Counted from the first letter of the stretch, positions 10,370 through 20,585 are shown. The stretch: DNA of 64,000 nucleotides from Candidatus Bathyarchaeia archaeon (GCA_049513715.1 JBEKVV010000004.1:32001-96000); one strand, 5' to 3'. The notes: generated from the letters alone by a model not told the origin. Made by a program: numbers and translations.

Positions 10370-10766
10370 GCAATCACCTCCACTCAGTCAAGCAACCTTT
10401 TTTCTCTAGAGGCCAAGACGTCGAAGTCACGTACTGGCTTGACTTCCGATTCTGTCTGTGAGTCAATTTGTCGATTGGACACTACCACGTGGGTAGCAGA
10501 GAAACCTGGAACCTCGAAATTACACACGTTCAAGCTCTGTTTAAGCACGCTAAGACTCGTATTTTCCCTTAAATTCCAAATCTCACGGGGCGGGCCGCTT
10601 GGGGTTATTAAGATGAGACGTAGTGGAAACTTTCATTCTCAAGCCGTTTCGTCTGTAGGTGTCTTATACGGCAAGCGCCTCAAAAAGAGGCCTTTTTCTC
10701 TGCCTTAACTTCAGGCAGCAGCCTTCAAACACCTACGCATAGTATGGCTTCGAGCGGGGAAAGGGT

Positions 10767-11276
10767 TTGGTTAGGCGGAAACAGATCTTGGTAATCGGTT
10801 TTGGTCGCGACCACTGCCCAGACGCCGCGTCCCAGGCAGCATACAAGGTCGGTGCGGAGGTTGCCAGGCGTGGCGCTTTGCTGCTCACAGGTGGCCTTGG
10901 TGGAGTGATGGAAGCTGCCAGCCGAGGAGCAAAGGAAGCAGGGGGCTTCGTAATCGGGATAATTCCTCAGGACAACAAGGATGAAGCAAACCCGTTTTGT
11001 GATGCGGTCGTAGCGACTGGCATTGGGTTTGCCAGGGATTTCGTAACCGCCAACTCAGCAGACGCCATTGTAGTAGTCGGCGGAGGGGCTGGGACCATGA
11101 TTGAAATCGCAGCAGCCTATCAGAAACGGATACCGATTGTCGCCATCAAGGGAACCGGGGGTGTAGCAGATCGCCTCGTTAACACATATCTTGATGATAG
11201 GAAGGTTGAAGTCATTCTTGGTGGAAACACCCCGGAAGAAGCTGTAAGCACTGCTTTCTCCGCGTTGGGAGACTAG
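10767..11276 (+). CDS. TIGR00725/LOG (SLOG) family protein
   Basis: TGGLGGVMEAASRGAKEAGG, GGGAGTMIE. Confidence 0.88.
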   Translation: MVRRKQILVIGFGRDHCPDAASQAAYKVGAEVARRGALLLTGGLGGVMEAASRGAKEAGGFVIGIIPQDNKDEANPFCDAVVATGIGFARDFVTANSADAIVVVGGGAGTMIEIAAAYQKRIPIVAIKGTGGVADRLVNTYLDDRKVEVILGGNTPEEAVSTAFSALGD

Positions 11277-11359
11277 TAGATCGCGACGCTCAGTCTTCCA
11301 TTATTCTTTTGCTGATTGTGGCTAATGCTATTTTAGATGCTCCAATTGCCAATAGTGGC

Positions 11360-11734
11360 ATGAGCTTTCATTACGAGCGTGCACCGGACGTTTCTGAGTT
11401 GCTTGGAGGAATCATTGACAAGTTAGGCTTCACGCACATTCCAAAGAACCGTGTCTATTGCTATCGAAGTCACGGTTCAAAGGCCACAAACGTAATTGCC
11501 CGCGTCCACTCGCTCCCGAGGATTTGGCAGCAGGCCCTTAGTGAACCTGCGTATTATGCGGTTGAGGTGTTGGCTGAGCAATACGACTCGCTTCCTATGG
11601 ACGAGAAGGAGAAGACGTTGATCCATGAACTACTCCATATCCCCAAAGCCTTCGGCGGTGGGTTCAGGTATCATAAGAACTGGGTCACACAGAGAAGGGT
11701 TGAATCTCTCTACCGCGTTTTGAATGACTCCTAA
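11360..11734 (+). CDS. Putative metallopeptidase (HExxH)
   Basis: LIHELLHIP, IARVHSLPRIWQ; ATG 11360 preferred. Confidence 0.75.
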   Translation: MSFHYERAPDVSELLGGIIDKLGFTHIPKNRVYCYRSHGSKATNVIARVHSLPRIWQQALSEPAYYAVEVLAEQYDSLPMDEKEKTLIHELLHIPKAFGGGFRYHKNWVTQRRVESLYRVLNDS

Positions 11735-11739
11735 AGGAG

Positions 11740-12492
11740 TTATTCGGGCGCTTGCGCTTTGCTCCGTCTTCTTAACTTGAGCTTCCAACCAATCCAAAGC
11801 CCGAAGCAAATCAAAGCGACGTAGACGACGACATTGAGGTATCTGAAAGCCGAGACTACCGCCTCCCAAGAGTATCCAAGCCACCAGCCCAAATAGACGA
11901 GAACGATGTTCCAAGGCAGGCACCCGGCTAGAGTATACAACGCGAACTTTGTCTTGCTCATGCGGTAAACGCCTGCGGGAAATGAAATTAACACTCTAGC
12001 GGCGGGTACCAAACGGAAGATGGCAACGGCCACAGCGCCATGATGCTCGAACCACACGCCAACCCTTTGAAGGTGCGGCGCGTGGACAAATGGAAGTTTG
12101 GATTTGCTGGTTAGCAACGACTCTCCAAGCTTCCAACCTAAGTAATAATCTATGAACGAGCCTAGGAGAGCGGCAAACGTACTGATGAATATGACCGGCC
12201 AAAATTCCAGAGTGCCCCTGGATACCAAGTATCCCGCAAATGGAAGTACGATCTCACTCGGCACCGGGAAGGCCGCAGCCTCCAATAGCATCAGGACCAA
12301 GACGCCAACATAACCCGTCGCTGAGACAAAATCCAAAACATACTTCGGGAGGTTCGTGACAAATGCAACCATTCCCTCTGTACCGTTCTTACCGCTCGAT
12401 TCGGCGACGTCTTCCAAGTAACTTAAGGAGACTACGGTGACCGGGACGACAAGAAGCAACAAGATTAGCAGGATGCGAACCCAGCGCTTCAT
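11740..12492 (-). CDS. DedA family membrane protein
   Basis: LEAAAFPVPSEIVLPFAG, FRLVPAAR, ISFPAG. Confidence 0.9.
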   Translation of the reverse strand: MKRWVRILLILLLLVVPVTVVSLSYLEDVAESSGKNGTEGMVAFVTNLPKYVLDFVSATGYVGVLVLMLLEAAAFPVPSEIVLPFAGYLVSRGTLEFWPVIFISTFAALLGSFIDYYLGWKLGESLLTSKSKLPFVHAPHLQRVGVWFEHHGAVAVAIFRLVPAARVLISFPAGVYRMSKTKFALYTLAGCLPWNIVLVYLGWWLGYSWEAVVSAFRYLNVVVYVALICFGLWIGWKLKLRRRSKAQAPE

Positions 12493-12568
12493 TCAGTTCA
12501 CCCTCTTTCCCGCGTTCAGTTACGGAAAGAACTGCGCCTCGAACGTTCAAACTCACAAAGACACGTAA

Positions 12569-14506
12569 TCATGCAGCTCTGATTGGAGTTCTCTTACGCC
12601 GCGAAAGCAATGCGAGGGCAGACATGAGAACAATCATCAAAGACGCCTGCACCACCGGCAGTTCTGGAATAGTGTTCATCGTGGGCACTCTGAGAATGGT
12701 GCCTTGGCTTCCACCACCAGGTGTGCCTCCGACAATCAAGCCCGCTCCACTTGATACCATGGATATTGATTCCAAATTGACAGGACCCACAATCGAAGGC
12801 GAAACGAAGTAGACGTTCCAACTGATTCCTGCCCAATGCAGAATAGTTGCTGAGTTGCCTACGGCCCATGCCTCCTGCGGGCTCACTTGAACCACAGAGT
12901 TCAAGTCCGCGGAGACGGAGGTCGCAACGTTGACCCATTTGGTTCCATCATAATGCAGAACTCCTCCTACTGCCCCAACCGCCCAGCCATGCGTCGAATC
13001 TGACAGATAGACCGAGTTCAATCGCGCTCCAGTTGAGCTCGGCATCTTGAGCCATTGGCCGCTAAGGGCTTGATAATGGAGGATTGTTCCCCCGTCCCCG
13101 ACTGCCCAACCATCAGTTGACCCCAGCATGAACACGCTTCGCAGATTGTTCCCCGTGGAGACCTGACTTGCTGCCCACGAGCCTCCAGAATACCTCAGGA
13201 TGATTCCATTATCACCCACAGCCCAACCGTCGCTAGAGTCCACCATGAAAACAGAACGGAGAACGTATCCACTAAGTGGAGCCAGAACCTGCGACCAAGT
13301 TCCTCCATTATAGTGTAAGATCAAGGGCGTAGTTCCTAAGCCTCCAACGGCCCAGCCCTCCGACGGGTTAACCATGAAAACCGAGTAAAGATCAGCTGTT
13401 TGAGCCGCAACTGTTCCTCTTGTTAGCGTATTGCCGTCCCAGTGCGCAACGACCGGTTCACCCAGGCCACTCAAGCAACCGCCTGTGGAGCAGCCCACAA
13501 TCCAGCCGTCGGTACTGCTGGATAGGTAGACTGATTGAAAGCTCGCTGACGGGACTCCCTGCGTAGGTGTGCCTCCAACCGGGATGGTTACTCCGGAGTC
13601 ACCCACCGCCCAACCTGTCTGACCTGCGAAGGATACTGCGTTCAGGTTCTGGTTCGTGCCAAGATAGTTGGGAGGCTGAGCGGTCCAGGCGCCGCCCGAG
13701 TAATGTAGCTCTGCGCCAGAAGTCCCGACAGCCCACCCTTCTGTCGGGCTAAGCATGAACACTGATCTCAGATCTTCGCTTGTTGTTCCAGGTGACACAG
13801 GACCCGTCCATTGTCCTGCAGAGTAATGAAAGATAGTGCCACCGTTGCCGACAGCCCACCCCTCGTTAGCGCTCAACATGAAAATGGAGTTCAGCGTACT
13901 TCCAGTTGTGGTGTAGACCGACCACCCGCCACCGGTGTAATGGTAAATCGCTCCCCCAAGCCCTACTGCCCAACCGTCCGTTGCGCTCGTCATGAAAACC
14001 GAGTTCAACCCGGATCCACCCAAGGTTACCATGCTCCATCCGCCTCCCAGGCCTGCAGCTCCGGACCAATGCCAGAAGGCGCCTGTTGCGGAATCGACGG
14101 CCCAAGCGTCGGTCGGGCTAACCTCGAAAACAGATGAGAGGCTTTGAGCGTTCGGCGAAGAAAGCCCGAGGTCGATACTTGACCATCCTACCGTGCCCCA
14201 GTAAAGTGCCGTAGCACTTCCGAGGCTTCCACCAACCGCAAAACCATTCGTGTAAGATGTCCCAGGTGGCCCGAACGAGACGCCGAGAAGGTCGGCTGTT
14301 GTCCCGGAAGGAACTACGCTCCACCCTCCGCCGTCGAAATGCAGGGTTATCCCAGAATTGCCTACGGCCCAACCACTGGTCAAACTCAAAAGCGTCAAGG
14401 CGTTTAGGCTGTTGGTCGTCGATGGCGATGCCCAGACCTGCGTGCTAATAGATGAATAGCCCAAGAAAATCAGCAAAGCGAGCAGGCCCAAGGATCTTAC
14501 GCGCAA
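12569..14506 (-). CDS. Secreted, membrane-anchored beta-propeller repeat protein with PEF-CTERM-like tail
   Basis: Signal peptide; 14 GWAVG-type repeats; C-terminal IPELP, TM helix and RRKR. Confidence 0.8.
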   Translation of the reverse strand: MRVRSLGLLALLIFLGYSSISTQVWASPSTTNSLNALTLLSLTSGWAVGNSGITLHFDGGGWSVVPSGTTADLLGVSFGPPGTSYTNGFAVGGSLGSATALYWGTVGWSSIDLGLSSPNAQSLSSVFEVSPTDAWAVDSATGAFWHWSGAAGLGGGWSMVTLGGSGLNSVFMTSATDGWAVGLGGAIYHYTGGGWSVYTTTGSTLNSIFMLSANEGWAVGNGGTIFHYSAGQWTGPVSPGTTSEDLRSVFMLSPTEGWAVGTSGAELHYSGGAWTAQPPNYLGTNQNLNAVSFAGQTGWAVGDSGVTIPVGGTPTQGVPSASFQSVYLSSSTDGWIVGCSTGGCLSGLGEPVVAHWDGNTLTRGTVAAQTADLYSVFMVNPSEGWAVGGLGTTPLILHYNGGTWSQVLAPLSGYVLRSVFMVDSSDGWAVGDNGIILRYSGGSWAASQVSTGNNLRSVFMLGSTDGWAVGDGGTILHYQALSGQWLKMPSSTGARLNSVYLSDSTHGWAVGAVGGVLHYDGTKWVNVATSVSADLNSVVQVSPQEAWAVGNSATILHWAGISWNVYFVSPSIVGPVNLESISMVSSGAGLIVGGTPGGGSQGTILRVPTMNTIPELPVVQASLMIVLMSALALLSRRKRTPIRAA

Positions 14507-14624
14507 ATCTATCCCGACACCTGACGGATACTATGTGCTGAGAGTATTAGGCTGGTGCCTAATTTAGTAACTTCTAATCATTGATATGCCACTGCGCTTT
14601 CCATATTTGTCTAGATGCGCCGAG

Positions 14625-15911
14625 ATGCCAAGCAAATACGCCTTAACGAAAATCACTGCGAGAGAAATTCTGGATTCACGAGGCAACCCTACAGTCGAAG
14701 CAATCGCTTATACTAAGAACGAGTGGGAGAAGGCCGCCGTACCATCTGGCGCTTCCACAGGCACGCACGAGGCTCTGGAACTGCGCGATGGCGATCCTAA
14801 ACGGTACAAAGGACTGGGCGTTCAAAAAGCCATTGAAAACATCCAGAAGATCATCGCACCGAAACTGGTCAGCCAGGACCCGCGGCGGCAGTCGAAAATC
14901 GACCAGATGATGATTGAGTTAGATGGAACGCCCAACAAATCGCGGCTAGGAGCAAACGCTATCCTCGCAGTATCGCTGGCCGTGGCTCGGCTCGCAGCGA
15001 AATTAGAACAGATAGATCCCTACGAGTACATTAGCAAAGGAAAGGGAAGGACGCTTCCAGTTCCTGTAATGAACGTGATTAACGGAGGAAAACACGCGGG
15101 CACCGAGCTGAAGATTCAGGAATTCATGATTATGCCCGCTGCCGCGAAGAGTTTCAGCGAATCGCTACGAATTGGTGTGGAGGTATACCATGCGCTTAAG
15201 CAAGTCATCCAGTCAAAGCACGGTAAGCAGGCAATTAACGTAGGAGACGAAGGAGGCTTCGCTCCACCCATTACTAACACCACCGAAGCCGTTGAGATAC
15301 TTATGCAATCTATCTCGAACGCAGGCTACAATGCTGGGAAAGATGTCTTTCTTGGGTTCGACGCCGCCTCATCAGAGTTCTACGACAACGGCACGTACAA
15401 AATCGACGGCGAAAGCAAATCTCCGGAACGACTCATGGAATTCTACTTGGATTTGATTCATCGCTTCCCGATCCGTTATGTTGAAGATCCTTTCGAACAG
15501 GAAGATTTCACGCACACTGCAGAATTCACACGGAAAGTCGGCGACAAGGTTCTGGTTGTCGGCGACGACATATTCGTCACAAACGTGAGGAGGCTGAAGA
15601 GGGGCATTGATGATGGCGCGGCCAACACTCTGTTGCTTAAGGTAAATCAAATTGGAACATTAACAGAAGCTTTAGGTGCTGCTGAACTTGCGTTTCGAAA
15701 TGGCTATGGAGTCGTCACAAGCCACAGGTCAGGGGAGACGGAAGACACAACCATTGCCGATCTCGCTGTGGCCCTGAATTGTGGTAAGATAAAGACAGGT
15801 GCGCCATGCCGCTCCGAACGCACTGCGAAATACAACAGGTTGCTCCGCATTGAAGAAGGGCTGGGTAGGAAGAGCAGGTTCGCCGGCCTAGATGCGTTGC
15901 GCGGGCGCTGA
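14625..15911 (+). CDS. eno: Enolase (phosphopyruvate hydratase)
   Basis: AREILDSRGNPTVE, VPSGASTG, GDEGGF, LLKVNQIGTLTE, SHRSGETED, RSERTAKYN. Confidence 0.98.
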   Translation: MPSKYALTKITAREILDSRGNPTVEAIAYTKNEWEKAAVPSGASTGTHEALELRDGDPKRYKGLGVQKAIENIQKIIAPKLVSQDPRRQSKIDQMMIELDGTPNKSRLGANAILAVSLAVARLAAKLEQIDPYEYISKGKGRTLPVPVMNVINGGKHAGTELKIQEFMIMPAAAKSFSESLRIGVEVYHALKQVIQSKHGKQAINVGDEGGFAPPITNTTEAVEILMQSISNAGYNAGKDVFLGFDAASSEFYDNGTYKIDGESKSPERLMEFYLDLIHRFPIRYVEDPFEQEDFTHTAEFTRKVGDKVLVVGDDIFVTNVRRLKRGIDDGAANTLLLKVNQIGTLTEALGAAELAFRNGYGVVTSHRSGETEDTTIADLAVALNCGKIKTGAPCRSERTAKYNRLLRIEEGLGRKSRFAGLDALRGR

Positions 15912-15937
15912 CCTCTAACTGTCAAGGCCATAAGGAT

Positions 15938-15961
15938 ATTAGTATAAGCTAATATACTAAT
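15938..15961. promoter_or_regulatory. Inverted repeat, probable ArsR operator
   Basis: ATTAGTAT-N8-ATACTAAT perfect arms, ending 11 nt before the ArsR start codon. Confidence 0.6.
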
Positions 15962-15972
15962 GTCGACGCGCC

Positions 15973-16296
15973 ATGAAACCGTACATGCTTCAAGCAGACC
16001 TTTGCAGAGCCCTCGCCCATCCCACTCGCTTGGAGGTACTCGACCTCATCTCCAAACGTGAACGAAGCGTAGAGGAATTGGCAGGGCTCATTGGAATAGG
16101 CCAATCGAATCTATCGCAGCATCTAGCGGCCCTTCGACAACAAAGACTCGTAGTCCCCAGGCGCGCTGGGATGAACGTATACTACGGGTTGTCAAACCCG
16201 AAGATAGCCGAGGCGTGCTCAACGATTCGAGAGGTTCTGGCGGAATTAATCGCACAGGATCAACGTACAGCCGCTTTGCTGGAGGTGCCACGCTAG
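15973..16296 (+). CDS. ArsR/SmtB family regulator
   Basis: ALAHPTRLEVL, SNLSQHLAALR, VYYGL. Confidence 0.92.
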   Translation: MKPYMLQADLCRALAHPTRLEVLDLISKRERSVEELAGLIGIGQSNLSQHLAALRQQRLVVPRRAGMNVYYGLSNPKIAEACSTIREVLAELIAQDQRTAALLEVPR

Positions 16297-16962
16297 ATGG
16301 GCCGGCTAACGGAATCCCATCTCCAACACCTGAAAGCCAACTTGGCCCAACAACTTGTGAACCCAGTAACGTTGACCATGTTCACTCAGGAATTAGAGTG
16401 CGACTACTGCCAAGAGGCGCGTGAGCTTGCGCAAGAGCTTGGTTCGTTGTCAGACAAGATCAAAGTCGAAGTGCTTGACTTTGTGAAGGATAAGGAGAAG
16501 GCGTCTGAATACGGCGTAGACAAAGTGCCAGCCATCGTCATTAGAGGACCCAAGGGTAATCATGTTAATTTCTTCGGAATCCCCGCAGGCTACGAGTTCA
16601 ACACGCTCGTAAAGGATATCGTGCAACTCTCGAGGGGACAGACCGACCTCTCGCCTGAAACTCGACAAGCTCTCAGTAGTGTAAAGGCGCCCGTTCACAT
16701 CAAAGTCTTCGTTACCCCAACATGCCCCTACTGCCCGGGAGCCGTGAGCTTGGCTCATCAGTTCGCAATGGAAAACAGTAACATCAAAGCCGACATGATC
16801 GAAATCAACGAATTCCCACAACTCGCAATCAAGTATGGCGTGATGGGGGTACCTAAGACCGTGATTAACGAGAACATCGAGATGCTGGGCATGCAGTCTG
16901 AGGAGGAGTTCCTCCGCCAAGTCGAAGCAGCCACAAGGCCGCCATCACCAACTTATGGTTGA
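16297..16962 (+). CDS. Protein disulfide oxidoreductase (double thioredoxin fold, PDO/AhpF-N-like)
   Basis: CDYC and CPYC motifs, GIPAGYEF, GVPK. Confidence 0.9.
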   Translation: MGRLTESHLQHLKANLAQQLVNPVTLTMFTQELECDYCQEARELAQELGSLSDKIKVEVLDFVKDKEKASEYGVDKVPAIVIRGPKGNHVNFFGIPAGYEFNTLVKDIVQLSRGQTDLSPETRQALSSVKAPVHIKVFVTPTCPYCPGAVSLAHQFAMENSNIKADMIEINEFPQLAIKYGVMGVPKTVINENIEMLGMQSEEEFLRQVEAATRPPSPTYG

Positions 16963-17027
16963 GGCTGTCAGCTGATTTCGCTACCTCTATTTCCCGCAAT
17001 CTTTCATTAGCGAATCGAGGTTTCACA

Positions 17028-17549
17028 ATGGATGCTTACGAATGTGTTCTCACTAAGCTTGATGTGCGCGAGTTTGATTCAACGAATGTTCCTGCGGAAG
17101 TGAAGCTGAAAGTTCTGGAGGCAGCTCGAGCTACGGGTAGTGGCATGAACGTTCAGGTTTGGCGGTTCATACTGGTTCAGGGACGCGAACGCCTCAAGAA
17201 GCTAGCTCAGGACAGTACCACAGGTCAGTGGGTGGAGCATGCCAATTTTGCCGTGATAATCCTGACCGACCCCAAAGGTGGTTTCCACATCATAGACGCC
17301 GGTAGAGCAACACAGGATATGCAGCTTGCGGCGTGGAACTATGGAGTAGTGTCATGTGTCTTCACTGGGTTCAACTTGGAGGCCTTACGCAAGGACTTCT
17401 CCATTCCAAAAGAGTTGGCCCCGAGCATAATCATCGGTTTCGGTTATCCCGGCGAGAAGATTTCAGGGAAGAAAAAGAACCGCAAACCCCTCACCGAACT
17501 CGTCTATTTGGACGAGTACGGGAAAACTCTCGACGCAAAGCAATTATGA
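17028..17549 (+). CDS. Nitroreductase family protein
   Basis: VREF...EAARATGSGMNVQVWRF, MQLAAWNYGV, GFGYP; ATG 17028 preferred. Confidence 0.85.
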   Translation: MDAYECVLTKLDVREFDSTNVPAEVKLKVLEAARATGSGMNVQVWRFILVQGRERLKKLAQDSTTGQWVEHANFAVIILTDPKGGFHIIDAGRATQDMQLAAWNYGVVSCVFTGFNLEALRKDFSIPKELAPSIIIGFGYPGEKISGKKKNRKPLTELVYLDEYGKTLDAKQL

Positions 17550-17589
17550 ACCTAAGTTCTCCCAGTAATGAAAGTCGGCGAGATCTGAG

Positions 17590-18048
17590 TTGCCTTTATC
17601 CAAGTCTGAATTAGCGTCTTTTCTAGACGAAGTTCGCATGGCGCACCTCGCAACATCATCGAAGAGTGGCAAACCGCGTGTTTCCCCGATCTGGTATGTG
17701 TACGAAGATGGCGTATTCTACTTCACAACGCGTCTCTCCCGCGTGAAAGGCCGGCACGTTCAGAACAATCCATCAGTCGCCCTCAGCATTGCTACAGACC
17801 AGCGCCCTTACCGCGCAGTCTGCGCCTTCGGCCAAGCTACGATCGTCAAGCAAGGCCGCGACGAATGGCTGAAGCGAATCTCCTACCGCTATGGCGCGGA
17901 GGAAGGAAGAAACTGGTTGGGTAACGCTGTAAAGCAGCCCGGCAGGGTCGTGTTTATGATGAAACCTGACCGGATCTTGTCTTGGGATTACAGTCGCGGC
18001 GACAGTGAAAAGCAAGAAAAGGGCGAATCAATGGACACAATTTCATAG
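17590..18048 (+). CDS. PPOX-class (split-barrel) flavin/F420-binding protein
   Basis: HLATSSKSGKPRVSPIWY, K...NPSVAL, ILSWDY. Confidence 0.82.
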   Translation: MPLSKSELASFLDEVRMAHLATSSKSGKPRVSPIWYVYEDGVFYFTTRLSRVKGRHVQNNPSVALSIATDQRPYRAVCAFGQATIVKQGRDEWLKRISYRYGAEEGRNWLGNAVKQPGRVVFMMKPDRILSWDYSRGDSEKQEKGESMDTIS

Positions 18049-18055
18049 ATGCGAC

Positions 18056-19768
18056 TTACCGACTGCGCTGATTGCCATAGGCGGTCCTTCTTGCATTAGT
18101 TATTTTGTGTCGGAGCTGGGCGAAGTATTGTTCCTGGTTTCGCATCTCGTTCTCGAAGAAATCGACAGCCTCCCTACAAGCAGAGGTGTTTTCTCGCGCG
18201 TTAGTCGCAAGAAACGGTATCAACTTTCTGTAGGCTTTCTCTCTTAACTCCGATTCTGTCATTCCGCCCTTCACCGTTTCATCGATCAAATCAGTCAAGT
18301 CAGACCTTAGCTTACTCGGGGCATTTTTAACCCTTGAAGCTGAAGATTCAGAAAGTTTGGGTTTGAAGAAGGTGAAGACGAAATCCCCCACGAATGCTCC
18401 AATCTGCATTGCGTGGAATGTTGTGGTGTAAGAGCGGATTGGCTTCTGGTACAGTAGCCCTTTTGGATGAAGCGTGAACCCGGCTTTTGAAGCGGCTATT
18501 ACGAAGCTGGCAACCACGCGCACGTCTTTGCTGTTAAAGGTGGACACAAGATACCGTTGTGGTCTCAGAACGCGGTAGCACTCCTGGAACACTGAAAACA
18601 ATGAGGCTTCATAGTCTTCGAGCCTCTTCCCCTGGGACCGGTTGATTACAATCTCCTTCGTCTTGGAAGTCGTCCTGCCTTTACTCAGCCAGATGAACCA
18701 ATAATCCGAAAGTTCGCCATAGTTGACATTGCCACCGTAGGGAGGGTCAGTGATTATTGCGTCTATGCTGGAGTCTGGCATTGGAAGTTTTGAAGAACTT
18801 TGATTCAAAATGAGACAGGTAGCTGAGTTGGCCGATAGGCTGTCGAAGTCCTCAGCGAGCCTGCAGTTTTGTCCAATGTGTTCATTGCTGTATCGCTTTC
18901 CGCGCAAAACCGCTGCGGCGCGTCTCTCAAAGGTCTTCCACACGTTGATTTCGAGAGATTTTGGATATATCCAGTAGGCGTGCATAGCCCACCCTTCGAC
19001 AATTTCCCCTCTCAGGTGAGATTGTCGGCTTGCCCACTTCAGAGATCCGCTGAAAGCAAATTGGAGAAAGCTACGCGCCTCAGCGTCTTTCACTCGGGCA
19101 ATCTCATCGAAAAGCATGGAGAGCCCAAGTAGATTTCTCCTCGTGAACAACTCGTGGAAGATGTGAACATTCTGCTTCAGCAACGAATCGGTTTTGTCTC
19201 CAGCTGGAACCTTTGTTTGCGGGTACCACAAATCATTCGCTCTAACCTCTTCAGCAAAGTTGTCGACTATTCGCTGCGCGAGCACACGGTCCTCTTTTGT
19301 CGGAAGCTTTTCCTCCGAACCTCCACATTTCGGGCAGGCGTATTTCAAACGAAGAATTCTCTCATCCTGTTCGTCCCATTCTAACCATTCTGCAAACGCT
19401 TCTGAGTTACATTTCTCGCATTTTGTTGCGTACAGTGAGGATATCTTGTGCCCTACTCGATTGCGTAAGCCACTGAGCGCCTCCTGAAAGCGCGCTAAGT
19501 CTAGGGGGCTGCATTCCATCTTTGTTACGTAAGTTGCCAGCGGGTTGACGTCGACGCCGATCGCTTTCCTTCTGAGTTTCAATGATTCAACGATTGTTAC
19601 TCCGCCGCCGCAGAATGGGTCTAGAATGATGTGATCGGGTGAAGAGTAGTGCGCGATAAGCGCGTTGAATACGTTCCATGGCCTGCGAGCGAAATACTTG
19701 TGCATGGTGTAGACTGGAGAATGGGGTTCCGCTTTCATGGCCTTGGTGAAGGGGGCGGTCAACATCAT
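18056..19768 (-). CDS. Adenine/N4-C DNA methyltransferase with zinc ribbon (orphan)
   Basis: MHKYFARRP, ILDPFCGGG (motif I), CEKC...CPKC, ITDPPY (motif IV). Confidence 0.85.
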   Translation of the reverse strand: MMLTAPFTKAMKAEPHSPVYTMHKYFARRPWNVFNALIAHYSSPDHIILDPFCGGGVTIVESLKLRRKAIGVDVNPLATYVTKMECSPLDLARFQEALSGLRNRVGHKISSLYATKCEKCNSEAFAEWLEWDEQDERILRLKYACPKCGGSEEKLPTKEDRVLAQRIVDNFAEEVRANDLWYPQTKVPAGDKTDSLLKQNVHIFHELFTRRNLLGLSMLFDEIARVKDAEARSFLQFAFSGSLKWASRQSHLRGEIVEGWAMHAYWIYPKSLEINVWKTFERRAAAVLRGKRYSNEHIGQNCRLAEDFDSLSANSATCLILNQSSSKLPMPDSSIDAIITDPPYGGNVNYGELSDYWFIWLSKGRTTSKTKEIVINRSQGKRLEDYEASLFSVFQECYRVLRPQRYLVSTFNSKDVRVVASFVIAASKAGFTLHPKGLLYQKPIRSYTTTFHAMQIGAFVGDFVFTFFKPKLSESSASRVKNAPSKLRSDLTDLIDETVKGGMTESELREKAYRKLIPFLATNARENTSACREAVDFFENEMRNQEQYFAQLRHKITNARRTAYGNQRSR

Positions 19769-19878
19769 CCGACCTCAATGGTCATGCCCGCTATCTCCAC
19801 TCATCTAGTCCTGCAACCTCTATGGGAGCACTGTTAATTCTTATATCGTATCAGCTGTTGGTTAGCTTGGGTTGAGCC

Positions 19879-20382
19879 ATGGTAAAACGGGCCATATTCA
19901 ATGAGGATAATGTGCCAAAAGGCGGAACCTGCCTCTCGGCCTTCCTGATCCTACGGAACAGGGACGCGGTTCTGGCGGGAAAGATGACGAAGCCAGAAAT
20001 CTGGGTTGACAAATTCCTTGTCGGCGAGTTGTTTGCGCCGAAGTACGTCGCTTCGGGCAAATGGATTCTGCCGGCGTCACACTTACTTTACGGGGAAAAA
20101 CCAGAGGACGGCGCAACCCGCGTGTTAACCCAGCAGTTAGGTTTAGCTAAGACCGAGCTCAAACTCGTCCAAGCCCAATCACACCTATCCCAAAGCCCAA
20201 CCGACCCGGAGGCAGCGCATTGGGACATATGCTTCATCTACGAAGGCCAAGTGCCCGGTGAAATCCGCAAGCCAGAATGGTTCTCTGAACTCGAGTTCCT
20301 GAAACCGCAGGGGCTCAAAGCCGACGACTTCACAAGAGGCCACGGCGACGTGCTGCTAGAACGAGGCATAATCAAGAACTAA
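19879..20382 (+). CDS. NUDIX-like hydrolase with divergent Nudix box
   Basis: WILPASHLLYGEKPEDGATRVLTQQLG. Confidence 0.65.
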   Translation: MVKRAIFNEDNVPKGGTCLSAFLILRNRDAVLAGKMTKPEIWVDKFLVGELFAPKYVASGKWILPASHLLYGEKPEDGATRVLTQQLGLAKTELKLVQAQSHLSQSPTDPEAAHWDICFIYEGQVPGEIRKPEWFSELEFLKPQGLKADDFTRGHGDVLLERGIIKN

Positions 20383-20585
20383 CTTCACCCTTCACCGGAA
20401 TGAAATGAGGGCCATACGGCCCCACACTGAAAATGCGCTAGTTAGAGTCAGCCACGACTTACCAACTCAAGCCGCCCATTTTGGTGAGCCAACCCAAACC
20501 TCGAACCAACCTCGACGTGACGAGGTTCAGGTTCTGTCAGTCGCTAAATCCTCGTTCCGAGTATTGATTGTTAGGTGAAATTGCA

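Noticed and set aside
12569..14506. CRISPR array or DNA tandem repeat
   Set aside because: The recurrent GCCCA(A/C)CC-type words are codons of the GWAVG protein repeats inside an ORF; there are no constant-length identical repeats.
17590..18048. PPOX protein as part of the B6 pathway
   Set aside because: It lies more than 16 kb from the island in the ArsR locus; the family name reflects the fold and most members are not PNP oxidases.
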